From a virus (lineage: Duplodnaviria > Heunggongvirae > Uroviricota > Caudoviricetes): a stretch of 64,000 nt of DNA. The notes under the pieces are model-generated. The model did not search any database and had not been told where the DNA came from. It saw only the letters and a program-made list of their open reading frames with translations. The position numbers were made by a program, and so were the translations under genes. Positions 52,860 through 61,755 of this stretch are shown in pieces. Each line of letters starts with the position of its first letter. Positions within the stretch are counted from its first letter, which is position 1. Location: positions 64,001-128,000 of IMG/VR virus record IMGVR_UViG_2827179085_000005; one strand, 5' to 3'.

Positions 52860-53134
52860 GTGTATGGGATGGAAATAGGGTATATGGACTTGATCGAATT
52901 AAAAGAGTCTTGTAATAATACTGATCGCGATATTATCAGTGCAAATATAAGGCGTATCGTAAAGTCTAAAAGGATAAAGTATTCTGAAATTGCCGAAGCG
53001 CTAAGCGTCAACATTCAAACTGTTTATTCTTATACAAAAAAAGTGGATACACAGTAAAGCCAGAACCATTTACATTACTGCTACTGTCAACATATTTACA
53101 TGTCGACGTAGCAGAATTTTTTTATAATGTGTGA
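52860..53134 (+). CDS. XRE-family HTH regulator (frameshift-repaired)
   Basis: One extra A at 53036-42 completes the HTH (YSEIAEALSVNIQTVYSYTKKSGYTVKPEPFTLLLLSTYLHVDVAEFF); its stop lies inside the next element. Confidence 0.65.
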
Positions 53135-53187
53135 TTTCGGATTACTTCTGTACAAATAATACTGACGACAACAAGGAGAAGATGAAA

Positions 53188-53913
53188 ATGACAAAAGATA
53201 ATCTTGGGAACCGCATGAAGGGATACGAGGATGTATCTCGATATTACCTAATGAAAAGAATGCCTATAATCCTACGAATTGATGGCAAAGCATTTCATAG
53301 CTATACAAAAGGATTAGAAAAACCATTTAGTTCTTTCCTGGCTAATTGCTTTTGGGAAACTTCGAAGTATGTTGCTAAAGAAATGATGGGTGTGAAAGTA
53401 GCATATCACCAAAGCGATGAAGTTTCTTTCCTATTGACAAACTATCACAAATTGACAACCGAATCATGGTTCGACAACAATCTACAAAAGATGGTTTCTG
53501 TTGCGGCTTCATTGTTCACATACAAATTCAACGAACTGACTCGCGGCATTATCGACAAGCCAGCACTATTCGACTGTCGAGCGTTTGTCCTACCTAAAGA
53601 AGAAGTAAACAACTATTTCATTTGGCGACAACAAGATGCAAGCAAGAACAGTATTTCGATGGTTGCACAAGCGAACTTCTCACACAAGTCGCTTCAAGGG
53701 TTGAATGGAAGTCAATTGCAGGAAAAGTTGTTCAGCGAAAAAGGAATCAACTGGAACGATCTTGAAACGTGGCAGAAACGCGGTGTATGTATTACAAAAA
53801 TTCAGTACAACAAAGAGACTGAACAAGGAATTGCACAGCGTACCAAGTGGGATGTTGACATGGAAATCCCTGTGTTTACACAGGATAGAAATTATATTGA
53901 AAAGTTTTTATAA
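53188..53913 (+). CDS. thg1: tRNA(His) guanylyltransferase Thg1-like protein
   Basis: RMKGYE, ILRIDGKAFH, QSDEVSF, FDCRAF, YFIWRQQD..KNSI motifs. Confidence 0.9.
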   Translation: MTKDNLGNRMKGYEDVSRYYLMKRMPIILRIDGKAFHSYTKGLEKPFSSFLANCFWETSKYVAKEMMGVKVAYHQSDEVSFLLTNYHKLTTESWFDNNLQKMVSVAASLFTYKFNELTRGIIDKPALFDCRAFVLPKEEVNNYFIWRQQDASKNSISMVAQANFSHKSLQGLNGSQLQEKLFSEKGINWNDLETWQKRGVCITKIQYNKETEQGIAQRTKWDVDMEIPVFTQDRNYIEKFL

Positions 53914-53962
53914 AAGCGTGAGGATTTTCGCCACTCTTGTACAATTATATATATGAGAGGAG

Positions 53963-54253
53963 GTGAAACACTTGGACGAAAGAGTTATCTTCCAAATGAT
54001 TGCCCAGATGTTGGATGCGAATAAAGATGAGTTTACTTATCACGCAATCAAGCGAATGAGAGAACGAAACATTGAAACATCTGATGTCTATGATATTCTC
54101 AGGAACCCTACAGAGGTAGATGACGAGCGAGAATCAGAAGACCAAATGTTCACAGGGAAATATAATTATAGAGTCAAGGGAAAATTTGAGTGGTCTGTTG
54201 TCATATCAATAGATTTTCCGAATAACATGTTCATCGTCACAGTAATTGATTAA
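53963..54253 (+). CDS. DUF4258-like (RelE/BrnT-fold) putative toxin
   Basis: FTYHAIKRMRERNI...VYDILRNP...IVTVI; paired with a Zn-finger gene. Confidence 0.65.
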   Translation: MKHLDERVIFQMIAQMLDANKDEFTYHAIKRMRERNIETSDVYDILRNPTEVDDERESEDQMFTGKYNYRVKGKFEWSVVISIDFPNNMFIVTVID

Positions 54254-54297
54254 TGTTGATGATTGTTATATAATGGGTGAAAGGAGCGTGATGTCTC

Positions 54298-54537
54298 TTG
54301 GCTATTGCAAAATGTGTAATATGTGGGTGTGAAGATGTTAGAGAAGAAGTTTTGCACATACCACTAAAGGTCAAATCAACTCACATGAAAAGTGATACAG
54401 TACCAGTCAATGGATCGAAATGTATGCAATGTGGCGAGCAATACATCAATGGGAAGACATTGCAAAAAATCGAACAAATAGAGAAGTCTATCGAAGAGAT
54501 GGAAAAATCATTTAATGAATTAGCTGTTGGAGCCTAG
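54298..54537 (+). CDS. YgiT-type zinc-finger protein (MqsA-like putative antitoxin)
   Basis: KCVICG...VPVNGSKCMQCGEQYI...LQKIE. Confidence 0.7.
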   Translation: MAIAKCVICGCEDVREEVLHIPLKVKSTHMKSDTVPVNGSKCMQCGEQYINGKTLQKIEQIEKSIEEMEKSFNELAVGA

Positions 54538-54633
54538 AAATAGGCTCCTTGCTTTATATTGAGGTGACTAATGAGTAGCGTGTGATTCTCTGGTGTTTCT
54601 GTACAACTATAAGTATAATAAGGAGGTTGTGAC

Positions 54634-54978
54634 ATGAAAGTAGTCGCAAAAATTAATGAAGAAAATATTATCAGTCTAAATATAGAACTTGAAGTTGGTA
54701 CACTAAATCAATTAACATTCTTAGGGAACTATGAAAATGTTCGTAAAGCTTTGACTGAATCCGTTTTAAATCAAGCTAAAAATGGTGACAGACAAGGCGT
54801 TGAGGATACTCTCGAAGAGATGTACAAGCTTCGCTTTTGGGAAATTCTTGGCGTTGAGCAAGGAGCAATTGAAATTCGCGATGGTAAACTGTTCGGCTTG
54901 AATAAGAAGGTTGAACTAGATGATTCTTTGCAAGCGTTGGTTGATAGTACAAAGGTTTTTAAAGAATTAAATGAGTAA
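54634..54978 (+). CDS. Hypothetical protein
   Basis: RBS AAGGAGG after element 54580. Confidence 0.6.
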   Translation: MKVVAKINEENIISLNIELEVGTLNQLTFLGNYENVRKALTESVLNQAKNGDRQGVEDTLEEMYKLRFWEILGVEQGAIEIRDGKLFGLNKKVELDDSLQALVDSTKVFKELNE

Positions 54979-55048
54979 TATGTTTTGAAAGCGTGTCGTC
55001 ATCTATTGATGTTGACACAACTTGAATACATATTATTGGAGGTACGTT

Positions 55049-55621
55049 ATGGGTAAATTACTATACTTGAACAAGCAAGATGAAGGAATTGCAAGATATA
55101 TGGATTCTGGTATCGACGCTTCCAAGCTACAAAAAGGCGTCGATTTTCATATTGCATCAATATTTCTAGTAGATGATAATTTTGAAGCTCATTCGCTAGG
55201 TGAATATATCGGAAAAAGTAGTAATGAATTGTTTCAAGGAGTCGAAAGCGGATATATTCAAGTTGCAAAAAAAATAGTTAGTGGTGTTACAGGGTTAATG
55301 GAAACACCATATAACAAAGGCGTTCCGTTTTATCGCGTAAAAGGTAATATTGACATCGACTTAGCGACTGATGTCGGATTGGGTGTTGTTCGATATCAAG
55401 GTGAATATTATCTGTATTCTCCAACTAGCGATGATGATCAGATGGATGCAATTATGGAAATGATTATGCTAAAAGTATATTTCCAGCTTATGAATCCAAA
55501 TGAAGTTGACCAGAAGCTTGCGGCATCATTCTCCAAGTTTCATAAAATGATATTAGTGAACATGACATCGAACGCACAGAAACATATCAACCGCTTAAAA
55601 GAAATTTTTGCTGGTGTGTGA
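55049..55621 (+). CDS. Hypothetical protein
   Basis: RBS GGAGGT; its stop is the TGA of element 55616. Confidence 0.6.
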   Translation: MGKLLYLNKQDEGIARYMDSGIDASKLQKGVDFHIASIFLVDDNFEAHSLGEYIGKSSNELFQGVESGYIQVAKKIVSGVTGLMETPYNKGVPFYRVKGNIDIDLATDVGLGVVRYQGEYYLYSPTSDDDQMDAIMEMIMLKVYFQLMNPNEVDQKLAASFSKFHKMILVNMTSNAQKHINRLKEIFAGV

Positions 55622-55661
55622 TTCATACACACTCCTGTACAATTATTTATGGGAGGTGTAA

Positions 55662-56117
55662 ATGTTGAGCGACGAAGAAGGATATGTTCGAGAGGAATGG
55701 GTATACGCTGGAATGCACGTTGGCAGTAAAGGTAAGAAGTCTTACGGTTGGGTGAATGTAAACGATCTGGAAGAAATCCACTGGTTCGACAAAAATCTCG
55801 TAACATCATCTGTAGGGAATATGTACTATGTGTATGTGAAGCATAAAGGTGAGGGTGCGCTTTCCGTAAGGACTAGTGGCGTAAATATGCCTGCATGGTT
55901 CGGAAGACTCGACAACAAGGAGAAGGTTAGAGAGTGGGCTATTCGAGACGAAGCCGCAAGACAGCAAGCGGCAACGAAGTCCATGAACACGAAGGCAAAC
56001 AAAGAAGCACCACTCGATGAAGAATTTGAAAAGATACATAGAATGTCGGCAAGACTAAACACAACTGAAAAGCTTGCATTGATTGCTAAGTTATCTGAAA
56101 TTATTTTAAGGGCGTGA
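55662..56117 (+). CDS. Hypothetical protein
   Basis: RBS GGAGGTG after element 55616. Confidence 0.6.
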   Translation: MLSDEEGYVREEWVYAGMHVGSKGKKSYGWVNVNDLEEIHWFDKNLVTSSVGNMYYVYVKHKGEGALSVRTSGVNMPAWFGRLDNKEKVREWAIRDEAARQQAATKSMNTKANKEAPLDEEFEKIHRMSARLNTTEKLALIAKLSEIILRA

Positions 56118-56123
56118 GTTGGT

Positions 56124-56321
56124 ATGATTATCGGCACAACGAAAAATGTTTTGGAGGAAGGAACTGATAGAGTTCTTCTAACAAAGGGTAGAGGTTATGG
56201 TGTAAAGAAGGATGGAGATACAATCACAATAGTTCATAATGATATTGGTGAGCCTATGGTCGTTTCGACAAATGGCGTTAGCAAAGAGTTTCGTGAAAAA
56301 TTTGTAGTATATGAAGGGTGA
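56124..56321 (+). CDS. Small hypothetical protein
   Basis: 65-aa ORF ending at the next element. Confidence 0.5.
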   Translation: MIIGTTKNVLEEGTDRVLLTKGRGYGVKKDGDTITIVHNDIGEPMVVSTNGVSKEFREKFVVYEG

Positions 56322-56370
56322 GCGTGGGGTTCTCTCACGCTCTTGTACAATTATATATGAGGTGACGGTG

Positions 56371-57049
56371 ATGAACTACAACAAAATAAACAAGATTATG
56401 CTTTCTAATGACGATGCAGTGAAGATTGTCGAATGGGATAGAGATAATCACAAACGGTTCTCTTCTATTGAATTTCCCCTGTCAGAAGGGGTATTGCTGG
56501 TGTCTGGATATGTTGAAATGTTCAATATGAATCTTACGACAGGTGTGTACTTCAAGATTGAATCTGATGGGGTTTCTTTTTCCATTCTTGATTGGGAGTC
56601 TAGGAAACAGCTTGCATCATATAAGATGGACGTGAGCATGGCTGAAACAGGGAAATTTTCTAACGTTGTTGTATATCAACAAGGAGTGACAGAGGAAATG
56701 TTGGAGAAGGATTTTTAAAAACCAAGCACACTTGGTTATGTCAACATTCCAGTACATGAACCATCATAAGCATGTAGTTGAATCAAAGACAGTGAGAACG
56801 TCTACGACTAAGAAAGCCAAGCATAAAAGCGGTGGCAAGAATCGAGTCGTTAAACTATCGAGTGTGGAGTACAGATTTAATTTTGCCAAAGAAAATACTG
56901 GCGAAAAAAGAGGATATGAAAGGAAAACAGAATCTTGGCATCAGAAAGGATTCTGGCGCTTTTATAAAAAGAGTGGCAAGTCTGTATGGATTGCTGAACA
57001 AATTAAGGGTAGCGGTAAGAATATTGAACCTAAGACATATAAGATGTAG
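56371..57049 (+). CDS. Conserved phage hypothetical protein, about 226 aa after two homopolymer repairs
   Basis: T5+1 and A5+1 at 56712-21 give DFLKNQAHLVMSTFQYMN; C-terminal W..KGFWR.YKKSGKSVWI....KG motif. Confidence 0.55.
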
Positions 57050-57197
57050 TTTCATCCCGAAGAACTTGTGCTACAATTAAGTATATGAACAGATATTCAT
57101 ATCTTCAATTGGGTTCAAGTTCTTTTTAATATGCATGGGAATTATAAAATGATTTGTACAACTATAAATGAGAACATATTCGAGAGGGGCAGATAAT

Positions 57198-58004
57198 ATG
57201 GCAGGACAATTGGAAAGAGTAATGTGGGGATTTGATCACTATATCAATGACAAGGCTCTTAAAGAGCAGTTTCAAGAGTTATATGCGAAGGTTGTAGAAG
57301 AGAACAAGAATAATGTAATCGCCTTCATTCCTGTTGGTCAAGTTGATTGTGATAAGCTTGATATCAGCAACTATAATTGGATTGAGGATTACGAAATTAA
57401 CTCTGGTACTCGTAAATATGAAGATGACGAGTTTGATACGGAAGTTGAATATATTGCTCATATTAAAACAAAAGCTGATGAGAAGTTCGGAAAATATGAA
57501 ATCAAAGAACAGCCAAATGATGATGAAGAAGATGACCATAGCACGATTCACGCAATTTATGATGACGAAGGCGAAGAGGTTGATTGGGAATACCTTGAAG
57601 GCGAAGCAAAGGAAACGATTGAACGATTGAAGCAAGATTGGATTGAGGAGCAGCCTGAATTTGAAGACCTTGAAATGGAATACCATGAAATTTACTGGAA
57701 CACTGTATGGCGGTTTAACAATCACTTAGATAGAGAAGTCGCTAACAAGATTGGTCTTGGTCATCTTGCAATGAATGAATCTGGCGATGAATACTTGTTC
57801 CTTTTAGGTTGTGGTATGGACTTGACTCCAAAGATTGTCGCATATCAAGCATTGACGCATGGCTATATCGATGAGTCATATTTGCGATACTTCCAAAGCG
57901 ATATAAGCTATACTAAACATGTTATGGGTCAAAGTGTTTGGAATGAAGTGATTGAAAAGCTTGATATTAAGAGATTTTTTGAAGAAGAAGGGTCTGGTGT
58001 GTGA
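57198..58004 (+). CDS. Acidic hypothetical protein
   Basis: After element 57135; ends in GTGTGA within a terminator hairpin (57993-58018). Confidence 0.6.
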   Translation: MAGQLERVMWGFDHYINDKALKEQFQELYAKVVEENKNNVIAFIPVGQVDCDKLDISNYNWIEDYEINSGTRKYEDDEFDTEVEYIAHIKTKADEKFGKYEIKEQPNDDEEDDHSTIHAIYDDEGEEVDWEYLEGEAKETIERLKQDWIEEQPEFEDLEMEYHEIYWNTVWRFNNHLDREVANKIGLGHLAMNESGDEYLFLLGCGMDLTPKIVAYQALTHGYIDESYLRYFQSDISYTKHVMGQSVWNEVIEKLDIKRFFEEEGSGV

Positions 58005-58365
58005 TATGACACATCAGATTTTTCTTTTGAAAATAACTAAAAGTTTCTTTAAACAATGTATACAGGGCAATTTTCTGTGCTATAATGTTTGTAGTAATTG
58101 CAAGGGGGTTGTAGCTTGCAAAAAGTATTAGAACGTATAGAGAACTTCTTAAATAGAATATGCGATACCCATCATAAGATATTAGGGTATCCGCTAAATA
58201 AGAATGTTTTTGTTGCATATGTTTGGCTCTTTATGATCGGAATATTTGTCGCATTAATTACTGGTGGAAAGTAGAAACCTAAGAAAGTTTTAGAAGATCG
58301 TGTGAATTTGCAGATAAGCTGTACAACTATAGACGAAATCGTAAATCGAAGGGAGAAAATAAATC

Positions 58366-60027
58366 ATGGCTACCCAAAAAACAACTGGTATTCGGAAACC
58401 ACAAGTTGCTGGAAAGACAAAAGCGAAAGCGAAAGAGAAAGAGAAAGATGGTGCAGTTGCAGTACAAGATCCACAACAAGTTATTGTTCAAGGTGAAGGC
58501 GAAAATGAAAATCCTGTAGAAGCTGGAACTAACAACGAACAGCTTGTCGAAGATAACGTTAATGTTGAAAATCAAGAGCCGCAAAATCCTTCTGACAGTG
58601 ACGAAAACAAAGGTGAAACAGATAGAAAAGATGCTGGTTCTGAAATTTCTGACGAAGAATGGGACAAAGGAAAGCGCGATGGTTTCATAGAAGAAAACGA
58701 AGATGAAAATGAAGGTGTACAGCTTAAATTAAAAGATGATGGTGATATTGCAGAGGAAGAAAAGAAGGAAGGCTCTAATCCAATGTTGAAAGATATAGAG
58801 AAGAAAGAAGAAATTGTTCCTTTCTCTCGCAAGACTAAGCTTGAATATTCTTCAAGCAATGTAAGCATCAAGTCGCTATTCAAGGAGTGGAAGAAAGACC
58901 AGTTAATCAAAGCTAATCGCGAGCAAGAAGTTGAGCAAGCGATAAAAGATGGGAAACCTATTCCTGAGTGGGAAGACGAAACAACACTTCGCTTCGACCT
59001 TGCTATTCAGCGTAACGAAGCTTGGTCTGACTACCAGAAAAGCGACCTAATTCATACCATTCTATATGGGTACTATGTGTTCCCTGTGTTAGTACAAGAT
59101 TCGAACGATGGCAAGAAGTGGTTCCTAGATGGTAAACAGCGTATCACAACGTTGATGACTTATATTAATGGAGAATGGGCTTTGAGCAAGAAGACAAAGA
59201 CAGTCTATGGACATAAGATCGCTACAATGAAGTTTAAAGACTTGACTGAGGAAATGCAGGATGAGATTTTGGATAGAACGATAACTTTGGTTCGCATGAA
59301 GAACATGACAGAACCAGAGCGCGATGAAATGTTCGTTAAGCAAAATTCGGGTTCGCCACTCACTCGGATCGAACTTACTCGCGCCATGCATAGCGAACTT
59401 ATTTCGTCTATCAACCAATTGTCTAAGATTCCATTCTTCAAGGATGATGTTGAGTTGTCGAAGAAAGCGCGTGATCGCTTTGTAGACCAAGAAATTATTC
59501 TGCAAATTGCGATGTTGTTCGAAGAAGGAAAAGAAAAGATCAAAGGTTTTGGTGCAGGACATATTCAAGAGTATGTACTTCGCTTAAAAGAAGCTGAGAA
59601 GACAATCTCAGATGAATTAATGCAACGTTTTGAAGATGATGCAACATATCTCACGCTTGCATTTGAGGAATATGAGATGGATGACATCAAAAAGGCATTG
59701 AAGAAGATTCATGTTCCAATAATCTTCTATGTAGCTGAGACTGCTATAAAAGAGAATCTTCAACCTAAACTTTTCGGTGACTTCATTCGTAGTTTCTTGA
59801 TTTCCAATTACAGCGTGGAAAGCAAGTATGGTAAGTCGTGTCAATCTGGTTCTTCCAAGAAAGAAAATGTTTTGACGCGTCTTGATGAAATGTCTGCATC
59901 ACTAGAATCCTTCTTGAAGATGGTTAAAGAAGCCGCGACTATGGAAGAAGGGGTAAAAGCTTTCGATAAACATCTTGCAGATATTAATGGAATTGAACGA
60001 CAAATGGATACTGATGATATTGAGTAA
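58366..60027 (+). CDS. DUF262 (GmrSD/ParB-like) domain protein with a long acidic disordered N-terminus
   Basis: IQRNEAWSDYQKSDLIHTILYGYYVFPV, LDGKQRITTL, MFVKQNSGSPLT motifs. Confidence 0.75.
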   Translation: MATQKTTGIRKPQVAGKTKAKAKEKEKDGAVAVQDPQQVIVQGEGENENPVEAGTNNEQLVEDNVNVENQEPQNPSDSDENKGETDRKDAGSEISDEEWDKGKRDGFIEENEDENEGVQLKLKDDGDIAEEEKKEGSNPMLKDIEKKEEIVPFSRKTKLEYSSSNVSIKSLFKEWKKDQLIKANREQEVEQAIKDGKPIPEWEDETTLRFDLAIQRNEAWSDYQKSDLIHTILYGYYVFPVLVQDSNDGKKWFLDGKQRITTLMTYINGEWALSKKTKTVYGHKIATMKFKDLTEEMQDEILDRTITLVRMKNMTEPERDEMFVKQNSGSPLTRIELTRAMHSELISSINQLSKIPFFKDDVELSKKARDRFVDQEIILQIAMLFEEGKEKIKGFGAGHIQEYVLRLKEAEKTISDELMQRFEDDATYLTLAFEEYEMDDIKKALKKIHVPIIFYVAETAIKENLQPKLFGDFIRSFLISNYSVESKYGKSCQSGSSKKENVLTRLDEMSASLESFLKMVKEAATMEEGVKAFDKHLADINGIERQMDTDDIE

Positions 60028-60106
60028 ATAGTATTAAAATCACATAAATATAAAACAAAAGGCAAATAAAAGCGCATAAGTACTCATAACATCTTAGATT
60101 TTTTTT

Positions 60107-60135
60107 GGGTATTGAGGGAAATGGTCTCAATACCC
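60107..60135. terminator. Terminator hairpin
   Basis: GGGTATTGAG/CTCAATACCC stem with T-rich flanks. Confidence 0.6.
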
Positions 60136-60136
60136 T

Positions 60137-60165
60137 TTGCCTTTTATACATACATAGATTATAAT
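60137..60165 (+). promoter_or_regulatory. SigA-type promoter of the mrpR-like gene
   Basis: TTGCCT-17-TATAAT. Confidence 0.6.
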
Positions 60166-60259
60166 AGTCTCATACTCGGAACAGTAAATTGTTGAGCAGG
60201 AGATGCCAAAAAGAAAAGGCAAAGGTAAATGCCAAAAAAACTAGGGAGTGTAATCTGTC

Positions 60260-61285
60260 ATGATGTTCAACACATACAATATGAAAATAAAAGCTCTATA
60301 TCTTGAAAAGTTTGAAAATCAAGATACAAAGGATGTTTATGCTAGATTGTTTAGAAAGTCCTTTGAAACAGAAGAAAGTATGCAAAAAGATATTTACGAT
60401 TTCAACGATGAGGAGTTTGAGAATTTCTTTGTAAATACACTGAAACCACGCACTAAAGAAAGTGCGCGTACATATTGTAACGTTCTAGCGGCATATGTAC
60501 AGTGGGCAATAGATAATAAGTACTCTCACCAGCTAATAAATCCTATAAAAAGAAGACAAGAGTACTTTTATGAATTTGTACAAAGTGCTACAAAGATGTA
60601 TTTTTCTTTCGAAGAGAAAAAGGCGATTATAAGCACACTAATGAATAAACAAGATAGTTTTATAATTGAAGGTTTGTGGAATGGGATACAAGGTTCTAAG
60701 GTTTGTGAGTTAGTGAATTTAAGAATAGATGATATTGATGCAGTAAACAACGAAATTAAGCTACGTAACGACAAAGGTGAAATAACTAGAGTATTAAAAG
60801 TAGATAATGAAAGCAATGTAATAGAAATGGCAATACTAGCTAACAAGGAACGACAATATTATAAAATGAATGGAAGCGTGGATTACGCTCCAAATATTAA
60901 AGAATACATTGAACTGGGTTCTTCAAGATATGTACTAAAAAGTGCAAATATGAGCCGCAAAGTTAGCATGGACGGAGGTGAAAAAATAAGTCATTATACG
61001 GTTTATAACCGTTTAGAAATGGTAAGACAGTTAGAAGAAATGGAAGAATATACAGATGCATTAACGACCAAGTACATCGTGCGTAGTGGCATGATATATA
61101 TGGCGTTGCGTTTATATGAGCGAGATGGAGAATTAGGTAGATCACAAATCGATGAGATTTGTGTAAAATTCAATATGAAGTATAAATGGTCATTGCGTGA
61201 CTTCTTGAACTTAGACACACTTAACGAATTGTATCCGTCCGAAATGAAAAGAATACAAATACAGAAAATCGCAATGGATGAGTAA
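60260..61285 (+). CDS. mrpR: MrpR/YopR-like master repressor (catalytically dead tyrosine recombinase fold)
   Basis: IKALYLEKFE...YARLF...EE..QKDIYDFN...SARTY.NVLAAYVQWAI; the catalytic R and HxxR positions are degenerate (GSKVCE, YIVRSG); lies beside an oppositely oriented XRE gene as in SPbeta. Confidence 0.75.
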   Translation: MMFNTYNMKIKALYLEKFENQDTKDVYARLFRKSFETEESMQKDIYDFNDEEFENFFVNTLKPRTKESARTYCNVLAAYVQWAIDNKYSHQLINPIKRRQEYFYEFVQSATKMYFSFEEKKAIISTLMNKQDSFIIEGLWNGIQGSKVCELVNLRIDDIDAVNNEIKLRNDKGEITRVLKVDNESNVIEMAILANKERQYYKMNGSVDYAPNIKEYIELGSSRYVLKSANMSRKVSMDGGEKISHYTVYNRLEMVRQLEEMEEYTDALTTKYIVRSGMIYMALRLYERDGELGRSQIDEICVKFNMKYKWSLRDFLNLDTLNELYPSEMKRIQIQKIAMDE

Positions 61286-61305
61286 TTTCCTCCATTGCGA
61301 TTTTC

Positions 61306-61740
61306 TTAAATTTCAGGATAATCAACAACGTTAAACATGAATGAAATAATAAATACCATAATAATGACTAATAAAGTAATTACTAATATCACTGTTCGTG
61401 AATACCATTTGGCTCTGGTAAGGGAAAGCTTTGCCTTTTTTCGACTAGCTAAGTGTAGTGCATATATTAATTCGATTCTCTCTAAAAATGTTCTTGGATA
61501 TTTGAAATCATATTGAACTATTCCTTTATATTCATTTTTCTGGAATACGAGACATTTGAGTTTATCAGAAAATATATAATTCCACTTTACAAGGTATGCT
61601 ATTCGAAGTTGACCAAGAAAGTACCCTAAAAGGAGAGTGCAAACTATCATGAGAAAATCTTCTATTCTAACAGCGGCTTTAAAGCCCCATATGTTTGCAA
61701 GCATGTCAATGAATTTTTTTTCTACACTGAATATCTCCAT
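61306..61740 (-). CDS. Membrane protein (2 TM)
   Basis: Two hydrophobic segments. Confidence 0.55.
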   Translation of the reverse strand: MEIFSVEKKFIDMLANIWGFKAAVRIEDFLMIVCTLLLGYFLGQLRIAYLVKWNYIFSDKLKCLVFQKNEYKGIVQYDFKYPRTFLERIELIYALHLASRKKAKLSLTRAKWYSRTVILVITLLVIIMVFIISFMFNVVDYPEI

Positions 61741-61755
61741 TTTAACTTTATCCTT

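Larger units (their letters stand above)
44608..58326 (+). promoter_or_regulatory. Array of 24 copies of a bipartite promoter-like element GYGTG(T/G)G-N-TGTACAA(A/C/T)
   Basis: GTG core starts at 44610, 45251, 45570, 45887, 46302, 46651, 47095, 47414, 47853, 48397, 48947, 49579, 50105, 50733, 51466, 52034, 52719, 53129, 53918, 54580, 55616, 56324, 57135 and 58300. In each, the second box starts exactly 20 nt later (22 exact TGTACAA, plus TATACTA and TGTATAA variants), followed by a short leader and RBS. Confidence 0.9.

Noticed and set aside
57067-57078. Extra array element at GTGCTACAATT
   Set aside because: It lacks the upstream GTGTG box at -20; it reads better as a possible SigA extended -10 or a chance match.
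44608-58326. CRISPR array or tandem repeat
   Set aside because: The conserved part is two short boxes around a variable spacer, and the intervals are 300-1200 bp of protein-coding sequence, not 30-40 bp spacers; no cas genes are present.
44608-58326. Bona fide integron
   Set aside because: No IntI-specific features recognised and no R-box/L-box attC consensus (GTTRRRY); only some elements form hairpins. Kept only as a looser cassette hypothesis.
60197-60240. Operator copies in the mrpR leader (GATGCCAAAAAGAAAAGG, ATGCCAAAAAAACTAG)
   Set aside because: They share only the GCCAAA half and lack GTAC; too degenerate to count.
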